A stretch of 64,000 nt of DNA from the NCBI GenBank assembly GCA_976551045.1, contig CDPCPM010000278.1, forward strand, positions 8,680,001-8,744,000. The letters run 5' to 3'. The position numbers and the translations under genes are program-made. This DNA is from Glaucostegus cemiculus. Lineage: Eukaryota. Below, piece by piece: positions 1-10,150 of this stretch. Below the pieces are notes generated by a model. The model worked only from the letters and a program-made list of their open reading frames with translations. It was not told the origin of the DNA and searched no databases. How positions within the stretch are numbered: position 1 is the first letter of the stretch; each line of letters starts with the position of its first letter.

Positions 1-1099
1 CATTTTGATATGGAGCCAAGATTCCAGAGCTTTGCTGAAAACTGTAGATAAGGTGCTAAAAATACATTGTCCAAGCTGTACATACCAGCAACTCATTACT
101 TCCTTCCCTCAACTTAAAGTACTGAATATCCTTTGTTTTCTCAAACCTTGGATGCCTTTCCAATCAACATAGTAGAACAGGCAGAAGCACAGCTAAATAT
201 CTTCACTAATTAAATGGCAAACTGTATTTACCAAAGATTAAGCAGGTCACAACGCTCACTGAAGTTACACCTTTGGTAACTACAAGTTGAGATGGAAGTG
301 AACTGTAGTCAGTTTCACTTCAGTCATTTGATTCAGAAGGTTTGTTTTGGGATAAGTGAAGTTGCTTGATTTTGCAAGGGAGAAGAAAGGCCTTGTAAGC
401 AACACTTCACAACAATGACAATTTTATTATTTGCCCATGTTTAAAAATAGTCATCTGGTCTAACATTATTGAAATTTGCAATCTATGAACATAAAGCATC
501 AACGTGATACATTTTACTGATGCTGACAAGGCAGACATGAATGTTAATGGCAGCTGTGTACAGGAGACAATTTACAGTTTACTAGGCACACTCACACCAC
601 AATTAAAATCACCTCAAATTTAAAAAGCAACGACTCCTTGAAGACAAAACCATTCCTGAGCTCAATCTTGATCACCACCTTTACTGGAACTGCAAATAAT
701 TTTCAATGACTGAGAGCTATGGCAACAAATGCGATGCTTAGCCTGAGACTGAGACTAAGAGAGTAGCTCTTTTCTTTTGCCTTACCAATGATTAGAACAG
801 CATAAAAGATGGCTTTAATTTAATATTTTGCATGCTCTTCATCTGTTCCCAATACCTTATAACCTTTCATACTTTTCTCAAATATTTAACAACCAAATTT
901 TAAATGTTACTGTTGCTGCTTCAGCTGACACCTGTAGACCTTTCCATGTTTAAATAATGCACTGTGAATTTTTTTTTGAAGTGCTAATGACAATTAGAAC
1001 TAATGTTGGCCTGTACTAATTTACCAACCAGTATTCAACAATTACCATCAATTTTTCACAATTACGCACATCTCTTTTACAAACCCCATTAATTACTGT

Positions 1100-1330
1100 G
1101 ACACGAGACTGCAGATGCTTGAATCTAGAGCAACAAACAGTCTGCTGGAGGAACTCAGTGGGTCGAGCAGCATCTGTGGAAAGGTAAGGAACTGTTGTTG
1201 TTTCAGGTCAAAACCCTGCATCAGGACTAGGGAGAATTCCTTTCCCTCCCCACAGATGTCGCTCAATCTGCTGAGTTCCTCCTGCCGATAGCTTGTTGCT
1301 CCAGATTCTAGCATCTGTAGTCTTGTGTCT
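1100..1330. mobile_element. Short fold-back (palindromic) non-autonomous element with ~90-bp imperfect terminal inverted repeats
   Basis: Left arm acacgagactgcagatgcttgaatctagagcaac...ggaggaactcag...gcatctgtgg is the imperfect reverse complement of the right arm ccacagatg...ctgagttcctcc...gttgctccagattctagcatctgtagtcttgtgt. Related copies near 18712 and 30103. Confidence 0.8.
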
Positions 1331-1387
1331 CTGTTTTAAGAGTGAGATGCAGTTGAAAAGTAGCACATTAATAAGTCTGATCATTCA

Positions 1388-1948
1388 AGTCCCTTCACAC
1401 AAATTCAGTCATTTATGAATACAGCAAAGACAATGGGATATAAACACTGCAGCTGCAGGGCTGAAAGCTTCAACTTCAAAACCACCCAGGCATCCAGCCA
1501 AGCAATAACACTGGCACTTACCTTGACAATACAGAAAATACCCAGAAATGTCCCATGCAGAGAAATCATGGGGCGAACTCTCCATGTGCTAAAATCATAC
1601 AAAAGTCATATACAGCAGAAAGATTGATAGCTGTGGTCGTTGAGGTCAATCATCTTCATTCTAGGACACTGGTGCAAGAATTCTTCAGACCCATTATCTC
1701 TCCATCATAAAGTCAGAAGCAGGGAAGTTCTCCAATGATTACACAATTTTGTATTCCACCTAACTCAGTCCCAGCACCATCATTGGCCGATACCTTATAC
1801 ACCTGTATTGTCAAGGTAAGTGCCAGTGTTATTGCTTGGCTGGATGCCTGGGTGGTTTTGAAGCTGAAGCTTTCAGCCCTGTAGCTGCAGTGTTACATCC
1901 CATTGCCTTTGCTGTATTCACAAATGACTGTATTTGTGTGAAGGGACT
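1388..1948. repeat. Long inverted repeat: arms 1388-1534 (147 bp) and 1803-1948 (146 bp), 268-bp spacer
   Basis: Manual alignment of the left arm to the reverse complement of the right arm gives 6 substitutions and one 1-bp indel. Confidence 0.97.
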
Positions 1949-2320
1949 CAAATACACCCAAACTAACAATTCATTCCCTCTACCAATATGTTGAGCCTAC
2001 AAGTGTGTGCTGTCTACAAGATACACTGCAGTTACTTGCCTCGCTATCTTTATTGGCACATCCCAAATCTCCTATCACTTAGGAGAAATGCAGGTGTGAA
2101 CTGCACCACCAGCAAGTTATAATTCAATCACTCACCAAGTTGTTGCAATACATACCTTCATTACCTAAATACCAGGAAACACACTGCCCAGAGTACGGAT
2201 GCACCCTCACTCCAAGAACTTCAGCGGTTCAAGGCACAACATGCTTGCCACTTCCTCATATGGAATTGGGTTTGCACAATAAAAGCTGTCTTTACCAGTA
2301 ATGCCCACATTCCATGAGCT
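1625..2320 (+). mobile_element. Old decayed LINE fragment (L2/CR1 group), interrupted by the right arm of the inverted repeat
   Basis: Recognisable LINE-like segments on both sides of 1803-1948: ccatcataaagtcagaag...aatgattacaca before, and ctacaagatacactgcag...cagcggttcaag...aataaaagctg...gcccacattccatg after. Family recognised from memory only. Confidence 0.55.
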
Positions 2321-4295
2321 AAAGGCATCTTTTCCACTTATTTCCAGCATATTCTCACTCCAAGCAATCTTCTGTTCTTTAAGTATTTAATACCAGTTGA
2401 GTAAATCAGATACAGATAATTGAAGGAGGCCCATTCTTCATGAGTACGTTAGCACATACAAGATCTGCTTTGTTACTCCCAGGCCCAGTTGCTCATCTTT
2501 TGAAAAAGGACATCCAAATGATGGGAAAAACATCTGACTATTTTTTGATTACTGATGCAAGAACTGATAACCTTGTAGAAATAAGCCGATGAAGTCAGCT
2601 GAGGTTAATTTAGGATACTTTTTTCCAACTTAAAAATGTAAACTATTTCAGCAATGCAGTTCAAAGGAATACTTGAAGGACTTTAATCTCAACCAAAAAG
2701 ACCCTTTGAAAACCATCACTACTTGGTCCAATTAAGTTACAAATTCTTCCAGACAAGGTAACAACAACAGGGATAGCTTTTGCCAACTACAATCCCCGAA
2801 ATCAAATATTTGGTTTGTAATGTTTTTGCTCAAAGAAGTGCATTTTATTCCCTACTATTCTGACAAATTTCGCTAATAAAAATACAGCCAGCTATTTAAA
2901 TGTGCCTACAGCAGTATGAAGCCAACTCTGCTTCCAGTTTGCATTCAGCTCTAGCAGACAGTCTTACGGTTATAATATAGTTAGAGGGCAACAAATACCA
3001 TTGAAGGTTGAACTTGACAGGGCTACATTCACAAAGAACAAATTGGTTCATCAGGGGTTAGTGCTCAGATTAACAGATTTCAGGAAAAATTAAGGGGAGG
3101 GTGGTTTCCACTCTGTCCTTATAATCCACTCATACCTGACAGAGAAGCTTTCACAGATATAAATTACTACGAAGGAAACGCTAGCAAAGATTTCCCCTGT
3201 CCCACTCTCATGTCAAGTTCAGCTTTTGTGCAAGGTTCTGCCCAGGAGATGGCATTAGTGGAAAAAATTGGGTGGGAGGGCGAGTTGTAAGGACTACAGC
3301 AGTAAAAGGTGGGCATCACAGCAAGAAATGTAGTTTAACTAAAAGTGCATGATTTCGGAAGCAACTAGAAACTGCACAGCCCAGTGCCGAATTTGGTCTA
3401 TAACTAGTCCATGTGATCCAAAGCACAGCAGAAAAAAAAAATACAGATTTAGTAAATCTGAGAGCGAATAAACCGACAAGACTGGAAAAAAAATCAACTG
3501 GTTAGACAGCAACTATGGAAAAATAGATTGGTCAAAATTTTAAATCTGAAGAACTTTCCTCAGCACTGGGAGGTATAGCAGACACTGTCATAAAAGGATG
3601 GAGATGAGAGTGGTAGAATTGAAACAGCACACTCTACTTTTTATCCTTTCATTTAGATTTTACACACACACCTTGGCAAGTTTTTTTTCTTTTATCTATC
3701 CCATGCCATTTTTTATTTTACTTTCGTTAGTGCAGTCTACCAAGAGCTAAGGAAGCAGCCAAGTAAGAGTCAAGTTAGATCAGCATGAATAGTGCAACAA
3801 ACTCCAGGGGCTGACTGGCCTAATCCTACTCTCCTACCTTTCATCTTCACACATTAGACTTAATCAGCAAATTTTTATAATTTTAAAAAAAATTCTTATT
3901 TTAGCAGAGATTTTTTTTTATTTCAACTATTCCTCTGCAGTATCTCCTAGTCCTGAAACACAAATGACTTGTGTTTTTACATTATTACAGGCATTTTGTT
4001 TAGGACAAAAAGACTTAATTTCTCATTTTCCCCAGACATGATTTGGGACAAACATTAACCTTGTTTATAAATTACAACAGTAAATTATGAATAATGTTCA
4101 TGAAATAGCATGGTATTCATTCAACAAATTTAAATGACATTAAAACATTTCTGAAGAATATTATTTCAAATAATGTATTATGTGCATAGTTAAAAAGAAC
4201 AAGAAATAAACAAATGATTAAATTCTGCAGAACTCCAACTTAAGTGCATTTTCAGCAAGTAAACCACCCATGAGAATTCAGTGTCTACAAGGTAC

Positions 4296-4367
4296 CTTTC
4301 ACTGGTTCTATACGTTTTGGCAAGTCCAAAGTATCGAAGTTCTTGTCAGTGTCCACATTCCTTTTGC
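4296..4367 (-). CDS. ARVCF: ARVCF internal coding exon, 72 nt (GKRNVDTDKNFDTLDLPKRIEPVK), phase 1/1
   Basis: Translated by hand. Acceptor gctcag|GCA, donor AAG|gtacct (weak). NFDTLDLPKR motif. Confidence 0.93.
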
Positions 4368-5166
4368 CTGAGCATGGATGGGAAAAACAAAGGCAGGAAG
4401 TCACGGAATTGCGAACATTTTTGCAAGTGCTCAGACAATTACGTTAGATGTAACACATTTGCTCACGTTCACAATCAATGCCAAAAAGCTCAGCAAATAC
4501 ACTTTCAACAATAGTGCAGGGTTTAACTTGAGTCATCAGCTTGCCTCTTGAAGTTGGAGTCAACAGGAAGTAGTATACACCATTTAGTCCTTCAAGCTTT
4601 CTCAATTAGACCAAGGGTGAAATGCACCTCAGCTGAATTTTTCACCATTGCTCAATATCCCTATATGATTTCACAAACATCAATGTTTTGAAATTTTCAA
4701 TAGGCCTGACCAAATAGCGTTTTGGGAGAGAAAGTTTCCAGTATCTCGTGTTAAGGAACTACTTATTGAGATCACCCTCAATAGCCTAGCTTTCATTTTA
4801 ATTTTTCCAAAGGAGTAAGTTTCTCAGAGTCTATCTTAGCAATTACCTTCACAGTGTTAAACACTTCAATCAGATGACCTCCTAAGCTTTTATATTTGAG
4901 TGATACAAGTTACACAATACAACCTTTCCTTGTAAAAGCAATGAGTTTGCACTAGATCCAATTCAAGGCCAACATATCCCAAAGGGTGAACTATAATTGA
5001 AGCTTCATATAACTGTAACTTAACTTCTACCCTCTGATATTATAAAGTACAATACTGGAATAATTCTCAATTATTGCAAAATAGTTCACACACCACATCA
5101 ACCTGAACAAATTGACAGTATTAGGAACAAGCTCAGCCAACAACAACAAAATGAAAGTAGTCTTAC

Positions 5167-5184
5167 CTTGATTAAACCACTCCT
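5167..5184 (-). CDS. ARVCF: ARVCF 18-nt microexon (EEWFNQ), phase 1/1, probably alternatively spliced
   Basis: tttag|AGGAGTGGTTTAATCAAG|gtaaga with a long polypyrimidine tract. Matches the EEWFHQ insert of human ARVCF and exon C of p120 (from recall). Frame-preserving. Confidence 0.92.
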
Positions 5185-5869
5185 CTAAATGGTATAAGAG
5201 CAAACAAGAAAAGTGCAGAGAAAGGAACAGTCAAACGACGCATGAAAAAAGCATTTAGGATTTACTAACTGGGAAAAGAGTCTTTCACCTTTGGCAATAA
5301 CAATTTTAAAAAACACAAAACCTATATACTCCATTTCCACTTGAGAGGAATCATTGCATCTATCTAACAAGTTATTTCTAATCCTAATATTGTTTTACAA
5401 ATATAAGCCTGGTTCTCATGTCCCAACTTGAGGACAAAACATTGAAGTATCAAATGAATGCTCTTTACCACTATTACCAGAAACATCATGGGACAAAACA
5501 TTCTCTTTCAAATTTATACAGTGCACTGGAAAAGATTTTTGGCCATTGCTCATGGCTGCAATAATATATCATGGAGACAAGCATTTAACGAGACAGCCTT
5601 AGAGATAATTGGGTAGGGAGATATGGGTGGCCCAGGGAGAGTTAAAGGCTTCATGTGTTCACATGCAATCTTTTTACTTCTAATACATAGTGATATTTCA
5701 ACCCATACCAAGCAAAACTAAGTTATTTCTAATTAACAATATCTATTATTTTTCCTGCAGTCCAATCTTTGTAATAGTTCAACTCCTGTTGCTTCTAAAA
5801 GCATTGCTACTCGAGACAACATATTACATGTTGCAATTTAAATCTCTATTTTCAATGCTATACTCTTAC

Positions 5870-6041
5870 CTTTTGCCTTCTTTCCGCCAAAACAACCAGA
5901 ATCATCTTTCTTTTTCTTTTGTGCACTTCCTGTTCCAGTTTGCTGTTCAGTTGATGGTTCTCGAAATTTATCAGCTCCTGGTACTTCTCTATGCACTTGA
6001 TAGGAGAGGTTCCTCATAATACAGACACAATTCTCAACTGA
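5870..6041 (-). CDS. ARVCF: ARVCF internal coding exon, 172 nt (SVENCVCIMRNLSYQVHREVPGADKF...QRKKKDDSGCFGGKKAK), phase 0/1
   Basis: Not in the ORF track; translated by hand. Acceptor taacag|TCA, donor AAG|gtaaga. SVENCVCIMRNLSY and CFGGKKAK motifs. Confidence 0.95.
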
Positions 6042-8084
6042 CTGTTAGACAAAAAACAAACTACAATAAGAAACAATGCAATCCATTTGAAATGTGTGGC
6101 AAGTGCCCAGACTAACCTCACGTAGAATACACATGACTTGCAAATGAAGATTTCTCACTGCATTATTCTTGGCCACAGCTCAATTTGGTACCCAAGCCTA
6201 AATGCTCTACCTCATCCAGAAACCACCCAAACTCTGGGTGACTTGCTCACAAGATGTACCATTACACTGATACTTCAGGAGATATCCTGACCAATATAGC
6301 ACTTTACACATTATAAATGCTCTATTGAAGAAGAATAGTGGCTCAATTGAATGGTTTCAGTGAAACACATTCAAAAGACTTCATTTTCGATAAACAATTA
6401 TGTACATCTTTTATCCTTATCCTAATATTGACTAAACTTCCCTAAACTTCTTTTTACTGAAGGATTAATAATATTAGTGCAGACCTTATGAATGCTTTGC
6501 TTAAGCCACCCTATGATCAAACCTTTCACAGGCTTTTGTTTTGGAGCGAGAGCTCAAAAGCCAGCTGGAATTTAATTGCATGGACAGTTGCTTTATCACT
6601 GTAACTGCCAAGCCACTGTTGACCTGCATCATCTCCTCCTCTTGGACGTATTCCTTTTTTGTGCAGTAAACAGGACTACAGCTGTGTAAATGTCAGAGCA
6701 TAATGCATGCTGCTCAATGTTCAACAACTGCCTTAATCTAAATTAAGTAACCAACTAAGCCATTAATTTTCAATTCTATGTAATTACAAATTACCCAAAT
6801 ATCCTTAAAAGTAGGCAGTAATTATATTAATACATTTTTTCATATTACTGAAATTCAGTTTGCAATGTGATTGCTGCAAATCTTTTCTACCCAAACTGAC
6901 ATTTTATTAAACCTGTACACCCTCTGTGCAAAGATGGTTTTGAATTAGTTCAACAGTACACCATTCCTCTGCACCAATTCTAATATTTTATCAAATGCAT
7001 CTTGAAAGCTGTGATGCAGCCAGAAGATAGTCCCATCAATGTCAAGTCAGTCATTCTCTCACACTTCAACTAAGTCTTGCTTTCCAAGACTTGCACAGTA
7101 TTCACCCTCAAACTGCCCACTTTTTTTTTATGGTGGCAGTTCTTTTGAAGTTAACTCCAGACTTTCATTGAGGAATTCTAATTGCTCCCAAATTGAAAGG
7201 AGAGATGCCCTTATTCTATTCCACAGAGATGGTAAACCTTAACAAGGCTGAAAAAATAAATAAAACTAAGTTTTGACTGAATTAGCACTTGAGACGGCAA
7301 ATCCGCTCAGTAAAACTCCAGTAATTCATAACTGTGGGGGCATTGGTGGTGCTGTCAGATTTTCCAGACTATTGAATATTATTTTCTTTTACACACCAAC
7401 ACACTCTTAAAGCCACTTTAAAAATACCAGTTACAGTATAATAATTTTCACAGTGAATCAAATGAGCTCGGTGGCAGCCCTGGGAAACAGAACCATGCGA
7501 GACAGATACCAAATCATGGAGATATCTGAATAAAACAATGCCAGATTGTGGGAGTTTGGCTAGGATTTGGCTTTTGAAAGATTTTTCTAGTTAACATGAT
7601 CTGCCAAAGAATAAACCTTTGATTTGTTTAATAGCAAAAACAAATTAAACATGAACTTTCCAAGCAGAAGATTGCTAATATTACAGACTGATAACACCTT
7701 AGAACTATTCTGGTTTATTAATGCACAAGTTAAATTCAAGACTATGAATGGGTGAAAAGCATTTGCAGTTCCAAGATAAACAATGTAATAAAAATTTTGA
7801 AAGCCAAGTACAGACATCATGCTTTAATGGATTCAATTTACTTTCAAACCAGAGTGCAAAGCTTTTTCTATGCATGAATTCAATCTCAACACCAATGTTT
7901 GTTGATAGAAATTATGATTTTAAATTGTTGAAATTGCAGCCCATGAGCCACACTAAGTCAATGAGCTCCAATAAAGGCAAACCTTTAGGACAGGCCAACA
8001 TTTTAAACCTATGCTTATATTGCTGGTTGGTGCAATCAGATTGGTTGTCCTTAGCAAACGGAACTTAGTTGAAATTTAGAGGGT

Positions 8085-8300
8085 CAAAGAGACGCAGCAC
8101 AGAAACAGGAGCCCACTAACCCACTGACCACCAAGCACCCATTTATATACTACTCCTAACCCATTTTATCCTCCGCACATTCCCATCAACTCCACCACTC
8201 ACTATGTAGTTTACAGTGGTCAATTAACCAACCAACCTGCAGCTTTTGTAACAAGGGAGGAAACTGGAGCACATGGAGGAAGCCCACAGGATCATGTAGG
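8085..8300 (-). mobile_element. Decayed V-SINE-like fragment
   Basis: gggaggaaactggagcacatggaggaagcccac is the reverse complement of the SINE core gtgggtttcct...gtgct...ggtttcctccc seen near 47250. Confidence 0.6.
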
Positions 8301-8415
8301 ACATGAATTTGTTCCAGCTTAATGTTGAATTATATGCAGTTCATGAAGCAACAAGGACACATATCTTAGAAGCAGAGTTTTTTGTTACAAATGTGCAACT
8401 GCAATTGAATGTTAC

Positions 8416-8533
8416 CTTCCGGTCCATGTCTTTCTTGCCCACTGCTGACTGCAGGGCGTGCAGGAGTGCATCAACCAAACCCTCACATTCCCGAAGCCTT
8501 CGACGAGCATCGCTCCCATCTGAACTCACATTT
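8416..8533 (-). CDS. ARVCF: ARVCF internal coding exon, 118 nt (NVSSDGSDARRRLRECEGLVDALLHALQSAVGKKDMDRK), phase 2/0
   Basis: Acceptor ttgtag|AAA, donor AAG|gtaaca. Armadillo-repeat peptide in frame with neighbours. Confidence 0.96.
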
Positions 8534-9309
8534 CTACAAAACAAAATAAGGAAAATAACAAAAGGCAAATAAATTCTTATTGCCTGAAGGGCACCCAGAA
8601 GGACAAGCTTAATCAGTTCTTCACAGTGCGTTATTTAAATGCTTTTGAACACACTTAGAAATAATGCTGCTGCTCAGGTTCAATTCTATGTTTTCAGTCC
8701 ATCACTTCAATGGTCTACTTGAAATGCTGAGTTAAGAAAATAATTTGGGTTTAAGATTTTGCATTACACATTGTCCATACAGTTAGTTTGTTTAGAATTT
8801 TGCAAAGAACAAAATTAAGCAGGAATAGACATTAATAACTGAGCAAAATTAGCATAATTACTGCTTCATCAAATGATAATTTGCCAAACCAGCACCTTTC
8901 ATTTGTGTTATTGGACATCCCCTTTTGGCATTGCTAAATAGCAAAGACGGGTTCACCGTCATTCCAATGCCTGCTGGAAAATGAAGTGCTATCAGTCATT
9001 CCTGTTCACCAGGTGGAGAAAGTGTGGCTGAAAATGGTTTCATTGGAATGATGTTTCAGTTTTAAAGTTCTCACACGTTTTAAAGTTGCTCCATGGCCAT
9101 GCCTTTCCCATCCCAGTTCTGGCCTTCAACAAATCTCACTGCACTGTCGGCAGCTGCCATGGCACAGAGCTCAAATTCTCTCCCTAAACCGCCCCACCTC
9201 GTTCAAGGGATTACTTAAAATCACCTCATCGGTCCTGTTCAAATTTTATTTAACAGCACTTCTGTGAAGCAAACTGAGATATTGAGTTGAGGTGCTGAGA
9301 GTCTTTGAA

Positions 9310-9605
9310 CACAGCTTTAAGGTGACAGGAGGTTTAAGGAGATGTGCAGGCTAAGTGGTTTGTTGGTCTCTCTTATTTTGAAGCACAGAGTGGTAGGTGC
9401 CTGGAACACACTGCCAGGGGTGGTGGTGGAAAATGACATGATAGTAGCATTCATGAGGTTTTTATACAGGTACGTGAACATGTAGGCAACGGGGGGATAT
9501 GGATCATGTGCAGGCAAATAGGTTTGGTTTAATTTAGCATCATGGTCAGCACAGACATCTTGGGCCAAAGGGCCTGTTCCTCTGCTCTACTGTTCCACGG
9601 TCTCA
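9310..9605 (+). mobile_element. CR1-type LINE 3' fragment
   Basis: cacagagtggtaggtgcctggaac...gtggtggtgga and terminal gggccaaagggcctgttcctctgctctactgttc. Homologous to 24480-24810. Confidence 0.8.
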
Positions 9606-9699
9606 GAATCTGAAAATTAAATTGTCAATGACTCTGAGCTTAGTTTTCGAGTGAGTACATACACAAGACTGCCTGCACACTGCACTGTGACATTTAAAG

Positions 9700-10150
9700 C
9701 TGGGGTGAGCTCAACCTGCAGTGGAGACAATGTAGATTGATTCTGTCGGTTACACTTGGTCATCTCCAATGGGCAGGCTACGTTACTCAACAGACTTCTG
9801 AAACAGGCACACTAATTTCAACTTCTTGTGGCAGGAAACACCAGGTGGACAGAGAAAAAGATACAAGGATGCCCTACTTGAAAAGGTGTTACATCCCCAC
9901 GGGCTTGTGGGAAACCTTAGGCCATTTGGAATGGAGCAGCAGCAACATTTGGAGTGGCATTGAAAACTTCCACCTCAGGTGTTGGGAATACACTGAAGCC
10001 CAGTACAAAAGGAACACCCACCTCCCAGGTGTTCATCAAAACTCTGTACATTGGCCTCATCAGCCACTTCAGGACCCACAGAAAAACAAGTCAACCCTGA
10101 TGCTGCAGGCCTGCCTAAGGTGACAATGCAAACTAGACTGTTCTTTATGA
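9700..10150 (+). mobile_element. RTE-clade LINE 3' fragment, decayed
   Basis: Residual peptides LQWAGYV and LKRCYIPTGLWETL resemble the RTE ORF C-terminus (LRWAGHV...WE). Frameshifted. Confidence 0.6.

Noticed and set aside
1-4295. Expected next ARVCF exon (GFELLYQPEVV-like)
   Set aside because: Not found by manual reading; it presumably lies beyond the left edge, so its absence is not evidence of truncation.
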